A DNA stretch of 64,000 nt from a virus. A program made the translations under genes and the position numbers. The stretch lies in the IMG/VR virus record IMGVR_UViG_3300045988_073455, one strand, 5' to 3'. The notes under the pieces are model-generated. The model made no database searches and was not told where the DNA came from. It worked only from the letters and a program-made list of their open reading frames with translations. Below are positions 42,101-52,108 of this stretch, piece after piece; the first letter of the stretch is position 1, and each line of letters opens with the position of its first letter.

Positions 42101-44276
42101 GCGTGACTACTTGAAGGAGTATGGTTCACTCTATCAGCAGAAACAAGCCATTGCCGAGGAGTATGAAGAGAAGATTGCCAAGGCTCAGACGCAGGGCGAA
42201 AAGCTATCTCTTCAGCAGCAGAGAAAGAAGGACCTCCAAACCATCGAGATAAATGCCATCAGACAGAACATCGATTGGGGAAGCGTCTTCGGAGACTTCG
42301 GTACTATGTTCAAGGACCAACTAGAGCCTACCATTGAGAAGCTGCAAGAGCTCTCCAAGAGCACAACAGATGTCAATGAGCAGAAGACCATACAGGAACT
42401 TATCTCCAAGTTACAAGGCTCTGCCACCATCTGGAATAGTGACATCTTTAAGAAAGTATCTGACGACATCAACTCCTATCAGTCAGCCATGCAGGGCTAT
42501 ATTGATGCACAGGAGCGAGAGATTGAAGCCACGAAAGCTGTCACCAAGGCGCAGGAAGACCTCGCCAAGGCTAAGAAGAGCGGTGACAAGACAAGTATCA
42601 GCAAGGCTGAAGCCAACCTCTCTAGAGCGCAGGGCGTACTTGCTACCGCATCTAACAGCGTTTTGGAGTTCGGTTCATCAGTTCAGAAGGCATCATCAGA
42701 CTTGCAGACATCAGCACAGAAGGCAGTTTCTCAGTTTCAGCAGCTTGAAAATGGTTTGCAGGGTCTTACATCGGGGTCGCTCAAAGGCATAGGAAACTCT
42801 ATCCTAGGGCTTGACAAGCTTTTCGGTGGCTCTATGCAGAAGGACGTTGCCAACACGCTTGCAAAGGGCATCCAAGGGTTGCTCGGTAAAGATAGTGACG
42901 CAGCCAAATCTCTGACGAAAGCTTTAGGGGATAGCGGTATGGCAGGTGAAATAATCTCAGCAATACTCGGTATCCTCGATATTCTGAAAGATGGCTTCGG
43001 AACACTCATCAGCAACCTCATGGACACGGTCTTTGGCGTAGTAACGGGCATCCTCGATGATGCTTTATCGGGTGACATCGTTATGAAACCATTGAAGAGT
43101 ATCGGGAACAACGTTTCTCATATCCTCAACACGCTTTCATTCGGTGGCTTTAATAGTCTGTTCGGTGGAGACGGAAATGCAAAGAAAGTCAATGATACCA
43201 TCGAAAGGCTGACGGATAGAAATACCCTCTTGCAGCAATCCATCGAGGATTTGACTGATGCAATGGAAAACTCCTATGGTTCCAAGGCAACCTCATACTA
43301 CGAGCAAGCCTATAAGAATCAGCAGGAGACCAATCAGAACTACCTAGACATCGCAAAAGCGCAGGCAAGCTATCACGGTTCGCACGGCTCATGGAATCGC
43401 TATTGGGGTGGCTTCGGTAGTGATGAGATGGATTGGATCAAGAAGAACGTCAAATCAGACTTCAATGGCGACCTATTCTCCCTTAGTCCAGAGGAAATGA
43501 AGCTCCTCCGTGGCAACGTTGCTATCTGGAATCACATTGAGAACACTGGAAAGGGTAACTATGGTGGGCGTCTGACAGAGAAGCTGAATGACTACATAGA
43601 CCAAGCGGGCAAGCTGGATGAGTTATCAGACAAGCTGAAGGAAAGCCTTACGCAGATTTCCTTTGACAGCATGAAGGATAGCTTCGTATCAGACCTTATG
43701 GATATGAGCAAGTCAGCGCAGGATTTCGCAGACGATTTCTCCGAAATGATGCAGAAGGCTCTTCTCTCCTACTCTATGGAAGACCTCATCAACGGCGACT
43801 TGAAGAAGCTCTATGATGATTGGGCAAAGGCTATCGAGGACAACGATGGCAAGCTTACCGAAACAGACATAGAAGCATTCAACAAGCGTTACGATGATAT
43901 AGTCCAGGAAGGATTGAAGAGACGTGACGAGTGGGCAAAGGTAACAGGCTACACCGGTTCCTCATCCTCATCACAGACCGCAACAAGCGGAGGATGGGCA
44001 TCTATGGGGCAAGATACCGCGGACGAGCTGAATGGTCGCTTCACCGCCCTGCAGATTGCAGGAGAGTCAATCGCTCAGAACATGACTACCACCATATCAC
44101 AGATGGAGAGCATCGTTACACTCGGAATCTCAACCAATGGCGCAGTATTGGAGATTAGAAACATGATGATTATGACAAACAGCTACCTCGAAGACATCGT
44201 GAAGTATTCAAAGCTTACCTATAATGACTTCGGAGCCAAGCTGGATGACATGAACAGAAGATTAAAGGATATTTGA
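39120..44276 (+). CDS. tail tape measure protein
   Basis: 1718 aa with long Ala/Gln/Lys-rich coiled coils and the core motif LYGTTMVQGRLFTRDLMQFTGRGIPL. Confidence 0.85.
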   Translation: MASIKFDITGDNSSVLKAFRGVQDGVSQTARVVEQQGQSIENVFNRIKSVASVAFAGFTAKEIISTLGTVRGEFQQFEIAFETMLGSGQKAKGMISDIANLAATTPFDMKGVVNGAKQLLAYGFAANEITDTMRRLGDVSAGLGLNLQDLTWLYGTTMVQGRLFTRDLMQFTGRGIPLTEELAKQFGVTEDKVSELVTAGKVGFPEVKKAIESLTNEGGKFGGLMEKQSHSITGQISNIQDTIEMAINDLGTQTEGLMNDALDITSKVIDHWKEIGEVILAAASAIGLYKAMAVSIAAFDTATTNAGYAAELSALESLLPMKEEAKKTDLEEAVAKGQLSAAQAELVASKREEVAAYVAELQAQAKAKADAATAAAEEVKALENKLAMQDNEVQSLQDAYDALQSYTDGQKVETAEIKLNTAVNERNTIAKQLQTARETAATAATEANTAANAANTASQGLNTAATARDTAAKGIWAQVTLLCKRAQDAWNASMFSSPLFWIAATIAAVTYAVYKLATAETAHETAVRKSNEAWDEFDNKVKERQQNIESLIRTIQSETATEYEKAEAYQKLSNLAPQLTEQYSQAQLASADFAKTQKEVAESMDELKYDKAVEEVEKYRKKVEELQMQLRADAANGGQGSIAISSQISQVQADLDQAEEKLSNIIQLRDQAAENAKPIEVRLQEAQENESVRQEIFDFYDEAINLANDWQAANETINYATGESRLDAFINKAQKEIAGLREDIKNNPADLNLRMQESEKTKVLNNLLTMKRNWAVTGATTIPLIFKAQWNTAKQSLNQAKKRAQALANNGSTETYQQAYNRTQREYNAAKRRVAAMERNKSKYTAAQYETATQNLKAAKDAYSKLGGDVSGRAAKTVATAHKNRIKEENKTIKAQEDLNNRLKTLQQKNTDETISLMQEGTEKKLAQIKNDYAKRKAEIDKQEAEFKKKNKEAGKKVTLTSAQSNALNKARDLATQEYNKKLDEVNREALTSMRDYLKEYGSLYQQKQAIAEEYEEKIAKAQTQGEKLSLQQQRKKDLQTIEINAIRQNIDWGSVFGDFGTMFKDQLEPTIEKLQELSKSTTDVNEQKTIQELISKLQGSATIWNSDIFKKVSDDINSYQSAMQGYIDAQEREIEATKAVTKAQEDLAKAKKSGDKTSISKAEANLSRAQGVLATASNSVLEFGSSVQKASSDLQTSAQKAVSQFQQLENGLQGLTSGSLKGIGNSILGLDKLFGGSMQKDVANTLAKGIQGLLGKDSDAAKSLTKALGDSGMAGEIISAILGILDILKDGFGTLISNLMDTVFGVVTGILDDALSGDIVMKPLKSIGNNVSHILNTLSFGGFNSLFGGDGNAKKVNDTIERLTDRNTLLQQSIEDLTDAMENSYGSKATSYYEQAYKNQQETNQNYLDIAKAQASYHGSHGSWNRYWGGFGSDEMDWIKKNVKSDFNGDLFSLSPEEMKLLRGNVAIWNHIENTGKGNYGGRLTEKLNDYIDQAGKLDELSDKLKESLTQISFDSMKDSFVSDLMDMSKSAQDFADDFSEMMQKALLSYSMEDLINGDLKKLYDDWAKAIEDNDGKLTETDIEAFNKRYDDIVQEGLKRRDEWAKVTGYTGSSSSSQTATSGGWASMGQDTADELNGRFTALQIAGESIAQNMTTTISQMESIVTLGISTNGAVLEIRNMMIMTNSYLEDIVKYSKLTYNDFGAKLDDMNRRLKDI

Positions 44277-44377
44277 CCTCTATAGGCTTTTCGCTCGTCA
44301 ACCCTTACAACTATACTCAACAATAGAAAAAGCGGCTCACAGCGAAGCCTATGAGGTTATTTAATGATTAAATAGTT

Positions 44378-44821
44378 ATGCTTAAAGGACAACTTTACAT
44401 AAATGGCAAGGATGCCTATCTTACGTGGGGCATATTCTTAGACGAAACTGCCCTCAGTGCGCTCATGACCCCTGCACCAAACAAGGAGTTCATCAGCAAC
44501 AAGTATCGCTCAAAGGACGGAAAGTCGGTTATCAAGCACAATCCTAGATTGGATGAGAGGGAGATAACGCTGCCGTTCAATATGACCGCCAAGGACTCAG
44601 ATACGTTCTTGATGAACTATGCTAGGTTCTGCGAGGAGGTTCTTGCCAAGGGAGAATTGGTTATCCGCACCCGATTCCAGCCTAATGTGTGGTATCGGTG
44701 TATCTATCTCTCCTGCACTCAGTTTAGTCAGTGCATTCGGGAAATGGCAAAGTTCAGCCTAAAGCTCAACGAGCCAGACCCTAGTGACAGAGGTGAAACA
44801 AGTAAATACGCAAGCTCATGA
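44378..44821 (+). CDS. distal tail protein-like
   Basis: 147 aa, directly after the tape measure gene. Its stop overlaps the next gene. Confidence 0.45.
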   Translation: MLKGQLYINGKDAYLTWGIFLDETALSALMTPAPNKEFISNKYRSKDGKSVIKHNPRLDEREITLPFNMTAKDSDTFLMNYARFCEEVLAKGELVIRTRFQPNVWYRCIYLSCTQFSQCIREMAKFSLKLNEPDPSDRGETSKYASS

Positions 44822-47800
44822 TTCAGATTAAGAGAAACAACAAGGTATTCTTCACACTAGAGGACTTCGGTGAGGGTTCTAAGCTGTCATATCAGCTTAT
44901 GGACCACCACTACATCATCTTGAAGTTCACTACGGCTACACCTATCTATTTCGAGATTGGTGATTCTGTAGAGATACCCGACTTCGGCTATTTCGAACTG
45001 ACATCGGCATACTTCCCTAAACACAATGATAGTGACGGCTACGACTACGAAATGCAGATGGATGCCTACTATATGGCTTGGAAGAATAAGCTTTGCAAGT
45101 ATCGCCCTCAGCACGGAGCAAACGAAACCTCGTTCAAACTCACCACTACTGTAGGCGTGCACATGAACGTTATCCTCGGCAACCTAAAGGCTCTAGGGCT
45201 TACGTACAATGGCAAGGAGTTCTCCGTTGACTACACTACATACAACAACAAGGCTTTCGATGTTCAGAAGAGGTTCTTGATCGAATACGGTTCCATCAGC
45301 ATACTTGATGCTCTTAATTCCATCTGTTCCGAAGATGCACTCAACTGTGAATGGTGGATAGATGGTTCCATTATATACCTTGGATATTGCGAAATGGAAG
45401 GACAGACAACATTCGAGCAGGATGTTAATGTTCTGTCTATGTCCTATTCGGAATCCAAGTCAACTTATACCACAAGACTGTACGCATTCGGCTCAGACAG
45501 GAATATTCCGAAAGGATATTTCACTGGAGCCGATGCGGACGTTACCACCGATGGTGTAGCTACCGATTACCTCATGCTTCCAAACAAGGAAGTAGATAGT
45601 GATGGTTTCTACGCCAAGGATGGCTACCTGGAGAACGTGAATGTCGTGAAGAACGACAAGCAGGCTATTGAAGGTGTCGTGATGTTTGAGGAAGAATATC
45701 CCAAGGTGGAAAGCGTAGTTAGCAGTATCAAGACCTACGATAGCACCGTTGATAATGAAGATGGTACGAAGACAACACAGACCTTCTGGCAGGTTACGGC
45801 TACAGATTCTTTTGCAACAAGCTTTGAATCTAGTTGGATAAAGAGCAACCTCACTCTAGGCATCAAGTTCACTAGCGGTGCTCTCATGGGCATGGAGTTC
45901 GATGTTAGTTTCAAAGTTATCGACAAGGTTAACTACTTCGAGATTGTTGCTAATGACACCTACGGAAGAACACTTCCCGATGGCGTTATGTGCCCGAAGG
46001 TAGGTGACAAGTTCTTTCTATTCAATTGGGACGCAACCAAGATTACAGATACGGACCTCATCCCTACTGCTCAATTATCTCTGTTCGATAGAGCGAAGCA
46101 GTACTATCAGAAGACCATGATCAGCAATTCAAACTTCACCTGCACGATGGATGGCGACAAGTTCTACAATGATGGAACATACGATTACCATCCTCTCGGT
46201 GAACAGGTAAAGCTGATTAATGATATGTTTGCGCAGGTGGACGCGGATGGCAAGCACTACCGAAACTCTCGAATCATCGGAATGGAGATACCTTTGGATA
46301 TTCCTTACGACCATCCTCAGTACATAGTAGGCGAAAAGGCAGCTACTAGCCGGTTGGGTAAGTTGGAAGACAAGGTTGATTCCATCAAGGTGAACGGAAT
46401 GCAGATAGGCGGCACAGGAAGCGGTAATGGTGGAGGTGTCTATGTCATTGGCATGAACGATACCACTCCTGCATCCGATAGTAACGTTTATTCTGATAGA
46501 CGTTCTAGGATGGAGTTCTTGTCGCGGCTCTATGATGGAACCGCACAAGGAACCATAACTTTTCAAATGCTTCAGAAGTTCATACAAGGCTTCCGTATCG
46601 GTAACAACAATGAGTTCAGCATAGATGGAAGCGGTAATGCTATCTTATCTAGTGTCTTGGTAAACCTCTTAAAGTCTCTCGACTTTAACGAAGCAGAGCA
46701 GAGCGGATTTGCAATAAAGCAGAGAAGCGATGGTAAGTATCAGATGTTGCTCACTGACTTGATAGTTTGGGGCAAGGCAATATTCAATACGTTGCTCATC
46801 CGTGAACTCAGCTACGTTGGTGGTAACATCGTCCTCTCACCTGCTGCTGGCAAGATAAGCTACATAAAGGAGGTATTCAGCGAGACAACGAATGAAATGA
46901 TTGGCTGGAAGTGCTATCTTCTCGCTGATGATGGAACAACCGCAACAATCAACTCATTCAAGGTGGAAGACCAAGTTAGATGTAAGACGTTCAACATAGC
47001 ACCTGGTGTCTATGAGAACGTCAGCAACAAGGACTACTGGAGAATTGTCACAAAGGTATCAACCGAGAATGAGGTAATCACCGATGCCGAAGGTCACGAG
47101 CTCTATGACGGAAAGAAGTTCGCTTGGATTCAGATAGCGAAGGAGAACTGCATGGAAGGCTCGGATAACCCTGCTGTAGGAGATACCATCGTCCTCATGG
47201 GTAACAGAAGCGACAGAAGCCGACAGCACCTTCTGATGATGGAGACCGAAGGAGATTCCGCACCTACATTCACCATGTACCGAGGTATCAACTCCTACTC
47301 CCTCAAAGGTAAATCCATCTTCGATGTAGGATTCAACGGCATCAACATCGTGTCAAAGTACTACCACATAACCACAGTTGACGGAGAGAAGATTTGGATT
47401 CCCGTCTATCGTGGTGATTGGAAGGAAGGTACGGAATACAGCTACTATGATGAGGTTACATGGCTTGGCACAAGATGGCTCTGTATCTCTCCAGAAGGAC
47501 AGACCACAACAGATGAACCATCTGAGGATTCACCTTATTGGAAGGCGACTACGAATATATACAAGCCGCAAGTTATCCTATATACCGATATTGTTTACAG
47601 CGGTATCTCTATAGGCGAGACACACAACATTACTTGCAAGCTAATGCTTGGTGATAAAGATGTATCAAACGGAGTAGCTTCATGGAAGGTGACACGCAAA
47701 ACCAATGATTCCTTAGATGATGCTGCATGGGCGACTAAAGATAAGGTTAAGAACTTCAATGGCTCAATAGATATTGTCTGGTCTAATGATGGAACAGAAG

Positions 47801-47889
47801 ACGATTTGGGCAAGGGTGATACTGCGAAATTTGTATTCACAGCAACGACCACAACAGGAAAAATTCATCAAGAATATATTAAAGTTTAA
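44818..47889 (+). CDS. tail-tip / baseplate hub protein
   Basis: 1023 aa. Called by position after the distal tail protein. Confidence 0.55.
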   Translation: MIQIKRNNKVFFTLEDFGEGSKLSYQLMDHHYIILKFTTATPIYFEIGDSVEIPDFGYFELTSAYFPKHNDSDGYDYEMQMDAYYMAWKNKLCKYRPQHGANETSFKLTTTVGVHMNVILGNLKALGLTYNGKEFSVDYTTYNNKAFDVQKRFLIEYGSISILDALNSICSEDALNCEWWIDGSIIYLGYCEMEGQTTFEQDVNVLSMSYSESKSTYTTRLYAFGSDRNIPKGYFTGADADVTTDGVATDYLMLPNKEVDSDGFYAKDGYLENVNVVKNDKQAIEGVVMFEEEYPKVESVVSSIKTYDSTVDNEDGTKTTQTFWQVTATDSFATSFESSWIKSNLTLGIKFTSGALMGMEFDVSFKVIDKVNYFEIVANDTYGRTLPDGVMCPKVGDKFFLFNWDATKITDTDLIPTAQLSLFDRAKQYYQKTMISNSNFTCTMDGDKFYNDGTYDYHPLGEQVKLINDMFAQVDADGKHYRNSRIIGMEIPLDIPYDHPQYIVGEKAATSRLGKLEDKVDSIKVNGMQIGGTGSGNGGGVYVIGMNDTTPASDSNVYSDRRSRMEFLSRLYDGTAQGTITFQMLQKFIQGFRIGNNNEFSIDGSGNAILSSVLVNLLKSLDFNEAEQSGFAIKQRSDGKYQMLLTDLIVWGKAIFNTLLIRELSYVGGNIVLSPAAGKISYIKEVFSETTNEMIGWKCYLLADDGTTATINSFKVEDQVRCKTFNIAPGVYENVSNKDYWRIVTKVSTENEVITDAEGHELYDGKKFAWIQIAKENCMEGSDNPAVGDTIVLMGNRSDRSRQHLLMMETEGDSAPTFTMYRGINSYSLKGKSIFDVGFNGINIVSKYYHITTVDGEKIWIPVYRGDWKEGTEYSYYDEVTWLGTRWLCISPEGQTTTDEPSEDSPYWKATTNIYKPQVILYTDIVYSGISIGETHNITCKLMLGDKDVSNGVASWKVTRKTNDSLDDAAWATKDKVKNFNGSIDIVWSNDGTEDDLGKGDTAKFVFTATTTTGKIHQEYIKV

Positions 47890-47908
47890 AAAATAGGAGA
47901 TTAAAAAT

Positions 47909-48988
47909 ATGGGAAAAGAAATTCATCTTTCGGCAACCGCAGCAGTCAGACGAACATTGAAGGGTGACACATTATCCCTCAGTCTGCAAACAAATGGCGT
48001 ACCGCTCTTTCAGGGATTGAACCCTGATACGTTTACCGTATCGCCAAAATGGAGCGAGAGCGGAACGCATCCTATCATTACTCCATCTGTTGGCTCTGCA
48101 CGTAAAAACAACGTAACACTGACAAATCACGCATGGGCTTACAACGGAAAAAATTTAGGATTCAGCTCTAGCGGTACTGGATGGGAGACCTCGACTGTTG
48201 ATAATAGATTCAAACTAAATCATGCTAATGGTTCTCTCTCTATTATCGGAGACCTAGCATCTAAGGTCAATCAAGATTCCGATACTCTTACCTATTCGGG
48301 TGATGCCGTATTGGGAGCTAGCATATATCCAATGCAGAAAAGCATTGATATATTGGTATCTATGTTGGGCGGCTCATCTTATTTCGGAGGTGTTTCTGCT
48401 GATACTACTGTGTTAAGCAAGGGACAGACAGAAGCTACCCTCAGACCTTGGTTATTCAACTCCGCAGGTGGAGAGGTTTCTACCTATTCTATTAATCTGT
48501 ATCGTGGCAGCGGAACAGACCTTGTAGGAACTTACACAAATCCGGAAAGCGGTATCACTATACACAGAGATAAGACGGGAGATTCGGACAAACTCTATGT
48601 AGATAGTCATCAGCTCTTCGTCCTTGAGTTCGTTGTTGATGGTGCTGCCGTGTATAGAACAGGTATCAGCATTGATGATATTTCTGATATTTATCAGATT
48701 GCCCTTAATTCGGTAGGACAGGTTGATGAAGATAGTAATCAGACGTTCAGATGTATCGTTACCAACTGCGAGACAGGACTAGTGCCGAAGAGTATAACTG
48801 GCAATGTCACCTTCGTTATCTATACTGATAGCAATGGTAACATCGAGAATAAACGCTCGGAGACAATGACTTGGGCAAAGAACGTCAGTGATGGATTCGT
48901 TGTGAGGGATGCTGATACGATTGACGAAAACAAAAATATCATCGGTGTATCGGTGTCAGCAGATGCTTATTTAACACTTGATGATTAG
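47909..48988 (+). CDS. tail fibre / receptor-binding-module protein
   Basis: 359 aa, beta-rich and S/T/G-rich. Confidence 0.45.
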   Translation: MGKEIHLSATAAVRRTLKGDTLSLSLQTNGVPLFQGLNPDTFTVSPKWSESGTHPIITPSVGSARKNNVTLTNHAWAYNGKNLGFSSSGTGWETSTVDNRFKLNHANGSLSIIGDLASKVNQDSDTLTYSGDAVLGASIYPMQKSIDILVSMLGGSSYFGGVSADTTVLSKGQTEATLRPWLFNSAGGEVSTYSINLYRGSGTDLVGTYTNPESGITIHRDKTGDSDKLYVDSHQLFVLEFVVDGAAVYRTGISIDDISDIYQIALNSVGQVDEDSNQTFRCIVTNCETGLVPKSITGNVTFVIYTDSNGNIENKRSETMTWAKNVSDGFVVRDADTIDENKNIIGVSVSADAYLTLDD

Positions 48989-48999
48989 GAGGAACACTT

Positions 49000-50223
49000 A
49001 TGCCAATAGTTAGTAATAAGGCGAATAGAAAATTCGCCCCTTTGGACGTTTCTGTATCAGTAGTGTGCGCATCGCCTAAGTCTCCATTCATGCAGACTAT
49101 GGCTGGCGATAAATTCTTCCCAGACAGAACACAGAGCGGCTTTGAGTGTATTGCCTACCCGAGTATCAATGCTACGGCAAAGGATGATTCATGGGATAGC
49201 AAGCAGTCGAATATGTCTCTTGCCAATATGGTATGGAAGGTTTCTACGGGCACGGAATGGAAGGACATATCTAAAATTAATTCTTGGAGCGGTAAGTATA
49301 GCATTGATACAAGCAATACATCTAATCGTGGTTCGCTTACTATCAAGAGGAATCTTTCAAGTAATGATAAGCAGCAGTTGCAATTCGAAGCTGACCTGTA
49401 TGATTATAGAACGAATTCTATATTGCATATCACCGCTGACCCTATTACTCTGTATACGGCAGATAAGGGTGCAGATACCTATGGTATGGGTATTCGGGAA
49501 GATACCGATATATCCTATAACCCATTCCTTGATAAGCTGGCTCTCTACGAGTATAAGGTTGCTAATAACATCATATCGGCATCTACGGAAGCAAGAAACG
49601 CTTGCTTTGACGGCAATCAGTATGAATGTCACATTCCGATTGATGTATATAAGTCTAAGGATAGAATTACAAGCGGATTCTCTATTGAGCTGTATCGAGG
49701 AACGACTAAGATGTCTGCTTCTTCTGCTGCAAGCCCTAACGAGATTATATCTATCTCCACATCTGAGATTGTGCTTGACCTTAGACTTGTAGAGAAGAAT
49801 AATTATACCATCAAGGCGGTAATAAACGGCAAGGCTGTTGCTCAGTTCCAATTTTCCGCTTCTAGGTTCTATCCTTCTTTCAATCAGCCTAAGTTCATGG
49901 TATGCAATGATATTGAATGGGGTAAGATATACAGAAGCAACAAGGCTATTTTGGAGTACAACGGAAGGGTTGTTGAATACCCTAACCGCATCGTAGAATT
50001 GCAATGGCATACCGAAGCTTCAAACGGAAGTATCATAACAAAGAAGTCTTGGCAAGAGGGAAATAGCTGTACCTTCTCTATCGAAGAGAGTGGTCTTGGC
50101 GATGTTGAGAGCGATTATCTTGAAGAACAGATAGAATACAGACGGCGCCCTGCCAACGACTATCTCATTGATGAAGGTGGCAATTACCTGCTTGATGAGG
50201 ATGACAATGCTTTAATTGATTAA
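49000..50223 (+). CDS. tail fibre-associated protein
   Basis: 407 aa. Called by position. Confidence 0.45.
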   Translation: MPIVSNKANRKFAPLDVSVSVVCASPKSPFMQTMAGDKFFPDRTQSGFECIAYPSINATAKDDSWDSKQSNMSLANMVWKVSTGTEWKDISKINSWSGKYSIDTSNTSNRGSLTIKRNLSSNDKQQLQFEADLYDYRTNSILHITADPITLYTADKGADTYGMGIREDTDISYNPFLDKLALYEYKVANNIISASTEARNACFDGNQYECHIPIDVYKSKDRITSGFSIELYRGTTKMSASSAASPNEIISISTSEIVLDLRLVEKNNYTIKAVINGKAVAQFQFSASRFYPSFNQPKFMVCNDIEWGKIYRSNKAILEYNGRVVEYPNRIVELQWHTEASNGSIITKKSWQEGNSCTFSIEESGLGDVESDYLEEQIEYRRRPANDYLIDEGGNYLLDEDDNALID

Positions 50224-50248
50224 TATGTATAATTAAAAAATATAAGAT

Positions 50249-51472
50249 ATGGGTGTTAAATTGACAGAAAAGAAGCTTGTGACGGCAATGAATCCCGACC
50301 AAACCTTCTTGATTGTAGTAGATGGAGCTCTTCGCAGATTAAGTCTCGGAGACCTTCAGAAAATGATGGGTAACAATATTTTCTACCCATCAATCACATT
50401 GGAGCAGTCTTCTAATCCTAAATTCGCTCTGCCAACGCCTTTCATGGCTGATATGTATCAGAGGGCAATGGGTGGATATATGATGAAGGTTGTGAATGGT
50501 AAGGTGTATGCTGCTAAGCTAGACCCTAGTAATTGGGAGTTCTTTGCTGACGGAACAAAGGTGGATGATGCGGCAAAGTATGAGACGATGGTTCATGTTC
50601 CCGATTGCCACTTCAAGGCAGAAAACAAGACCTTGCAATTTGGAGGATTATTCCCTATTTCGGGCGGCAAGACATTCGATTCGCCAAACTGGGTAGGTGC
50701 ATACAAGATGTATGTGGATGTAAGCGGTGTGGGTCATTCAAGACCTAACGTTGCCCCTTCACATTCAAGGACGATGAGTGCATTTTGGGCTTGCGCACAG
50801 AAGCTTGGTTCGAACTTTGGTCTTGCAAACTATGGATTTCAATGCCTCATAGAAGCATTGGAACAAGTAAGTTTTGGTGACCTTAATACACAATCTGTAA
50901 TTGGAGCTGGATTCCAAAGTAGTTCTTGGGAAGCATGTCGTGATGTACCTATGGGTAAGTGTATATCTCTCGGTGATGGTAGCGGTAAGGTACTCTATAA
51001 CGATACTACTCTCGATAATCAATACCCCGTCAAATTATTTGGCTTTGAGGAATTATGGGGTAAGCTTTGGGAGTTCCGTCCAGGCATCCGTTTCTACATG
51101 GATGGCGATACTCGATACGCTGTTGTCTATAGCGGCAATCAGGTAAGTAATACGGCAAATGGGCGAAAATTTACCATTCTGTCATCAGCTAATGGAGAGT
51201 ATATTACACGAAAGACACTGGGTGCATATTGGGATGCGTTTCCGCAAGCCGTAGGAGGCGGTGATAGTACGTACTACTGCGATGGATTTTGGGCTTCGAC
51301 TAGTGGCGAGCTGCTGAACGTTGGGGGGAGCGCTGACAACAGGTTGCTCTGCGGTCTTTCGTATGCGAACTCGAACAACGGTTTCTCGAACTCGAGGACG
51401 TTCATCGGCGCTCGCTTGGCTTTCTACGGAAACCCGACAATCGTGAGCGGTTCGGAGCTCATGGCGATGTGA
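50249..51472 (+). CDS. DGR target (variable) protein, C-type-lectin/FGE-like C-terminus
   Basis: 407 aa. The C-terminal YYCDGFWASTSGELLNVGGSADNRLLCGLSYANSNNGFSNSRTFIGARLAFYG contains the VR. Confidence 0.85.
   Translation: MGVKLTEKKLVTAMNPDQTFLIVVDGALRRLSLGDLQKMMGNNIFYPSITLEQSSNPKFALPTPFMADMYQRAMGGYMMKVVNGKVYAAKLDPSNWEFFADGTKVDDAAKYETMVHVPDCHFKAENKTLQFGGLFPISGGKTFDSPNWVGAYKMYVDVSGVGHSRPNVAPSHSRTMSAFWACAQKLGSNFGLANYGFQCLIEALEQVSFGDLNTQSVIGAGFQSSSWEACRDVPMGKCISLGDGSGKVLYNDTTLDNQYPVKLFGFEELWGKLWEFRPGIRFYMDGDTRYAVVYSGNQVSNTANGRKFTILSSANGEYITRKTLGAYWDAFPQAVGGGDSTYYCDGFWASTSGELLNVGGSADNRLLCGLSYANSNNGFSNSRTFIGARLAFYGNPTIVSGSELMAM
51308..51427 (+). repeat. DGR variable repeat (VR)
   Basis: 120 bp matching TR at 111/120 positions. 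Of the 9 mismatches, 8 lie opposite TR adenines. Confidence 0.9.
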
Positions 51473-51492
51473 GCCAACGCTAGGTGTTGGCT
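51472..51492 (+). promoter_or_regulatory. hairpin immediately 3' of VR (DGR target-recognition-type stem-loop)
   Basis: AGCCAAC-gctaggt-GTTGGCT. It overlaps the stop codon. Confidence 0.55.
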
Positions 51493-51682
51493 GCATATCT
51501 GCCAGTGAGCTAGACAGAAATAGAGAATTAATAAAAATAATGTAAAACGCAAGATTGAAACTACAAAGTTGAAATCTCCTTATAATAGGATTCGCAGAAG
51601 CACAAAAATATAAACAACCCATTTTCGTGCGATAAGATTTTCTACAACCATGGAGTGGGTGAAGAAAAGGTGATACATCATG

Positions 51683-51802
51683 GAGCTGCTGAACGTTGGG
51701 GGGAACGCTGACAACAGGTCGCAATGCGGTCTTTCGTATGCGAACTCGAACAACGGTTTCTCGAACTCGAGGACGAACATCGGCGCTCGCTTGAATTACT
51801 AC
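51683..51802 (+). repeat. DGR template repeat (TR)
   Basis: In the VR frame the TR has eight AAC codons and one AAT. About 29 adenines in total. Followed by an approximately 300-nt non-coding spacer before the RT gene. Confidence 0.9.
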
Positions 51803-52108
51803 ACAAGATTTCTATTTTTAGAATTACGATATAATTTACACTGTTCCTCGCAAGTCGTAAAGCTACGGGATAGCTTTTGGACGAGAGAGCACATGATTGA
51901 ACCTGTCTCGATGGAGGGATATTTATTCCGACAGAGCGAAGATTAAAGGCGTTGGGTATGAGCAGTTGGGTATGTCCGACTACAACAGAGTCCCCTCTCG
52001 CAAGTAAGTGATACAGTTGTACGTATGTGCCGAAAGCCAGTGAGCCGAGAGTGTAGAAAGCCTATTGATAAGGAAAGCGATTTTTGAAATATTGGTTGAA
52101 GTATAAAA

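Noticed and set aside
51185-51724. 179-aa minus-strand ORF spanning VR, the spacer and TR
   Set aside because: It is antisense to the DGR target gene and the repeats. The frame is open only because of sequence composition, and no promoter or start context is present.
51680-51946. 88-aa + strand ORF beginning MELLNVGGNADNRSQCGLSYANSNNGFSNSR
   Set aside because: It is simply the DGR template repeat read in the VR frame, as a copy of the target gene C-terminus. It has no start context and runs into non-coding spacer, so it is not a gene.
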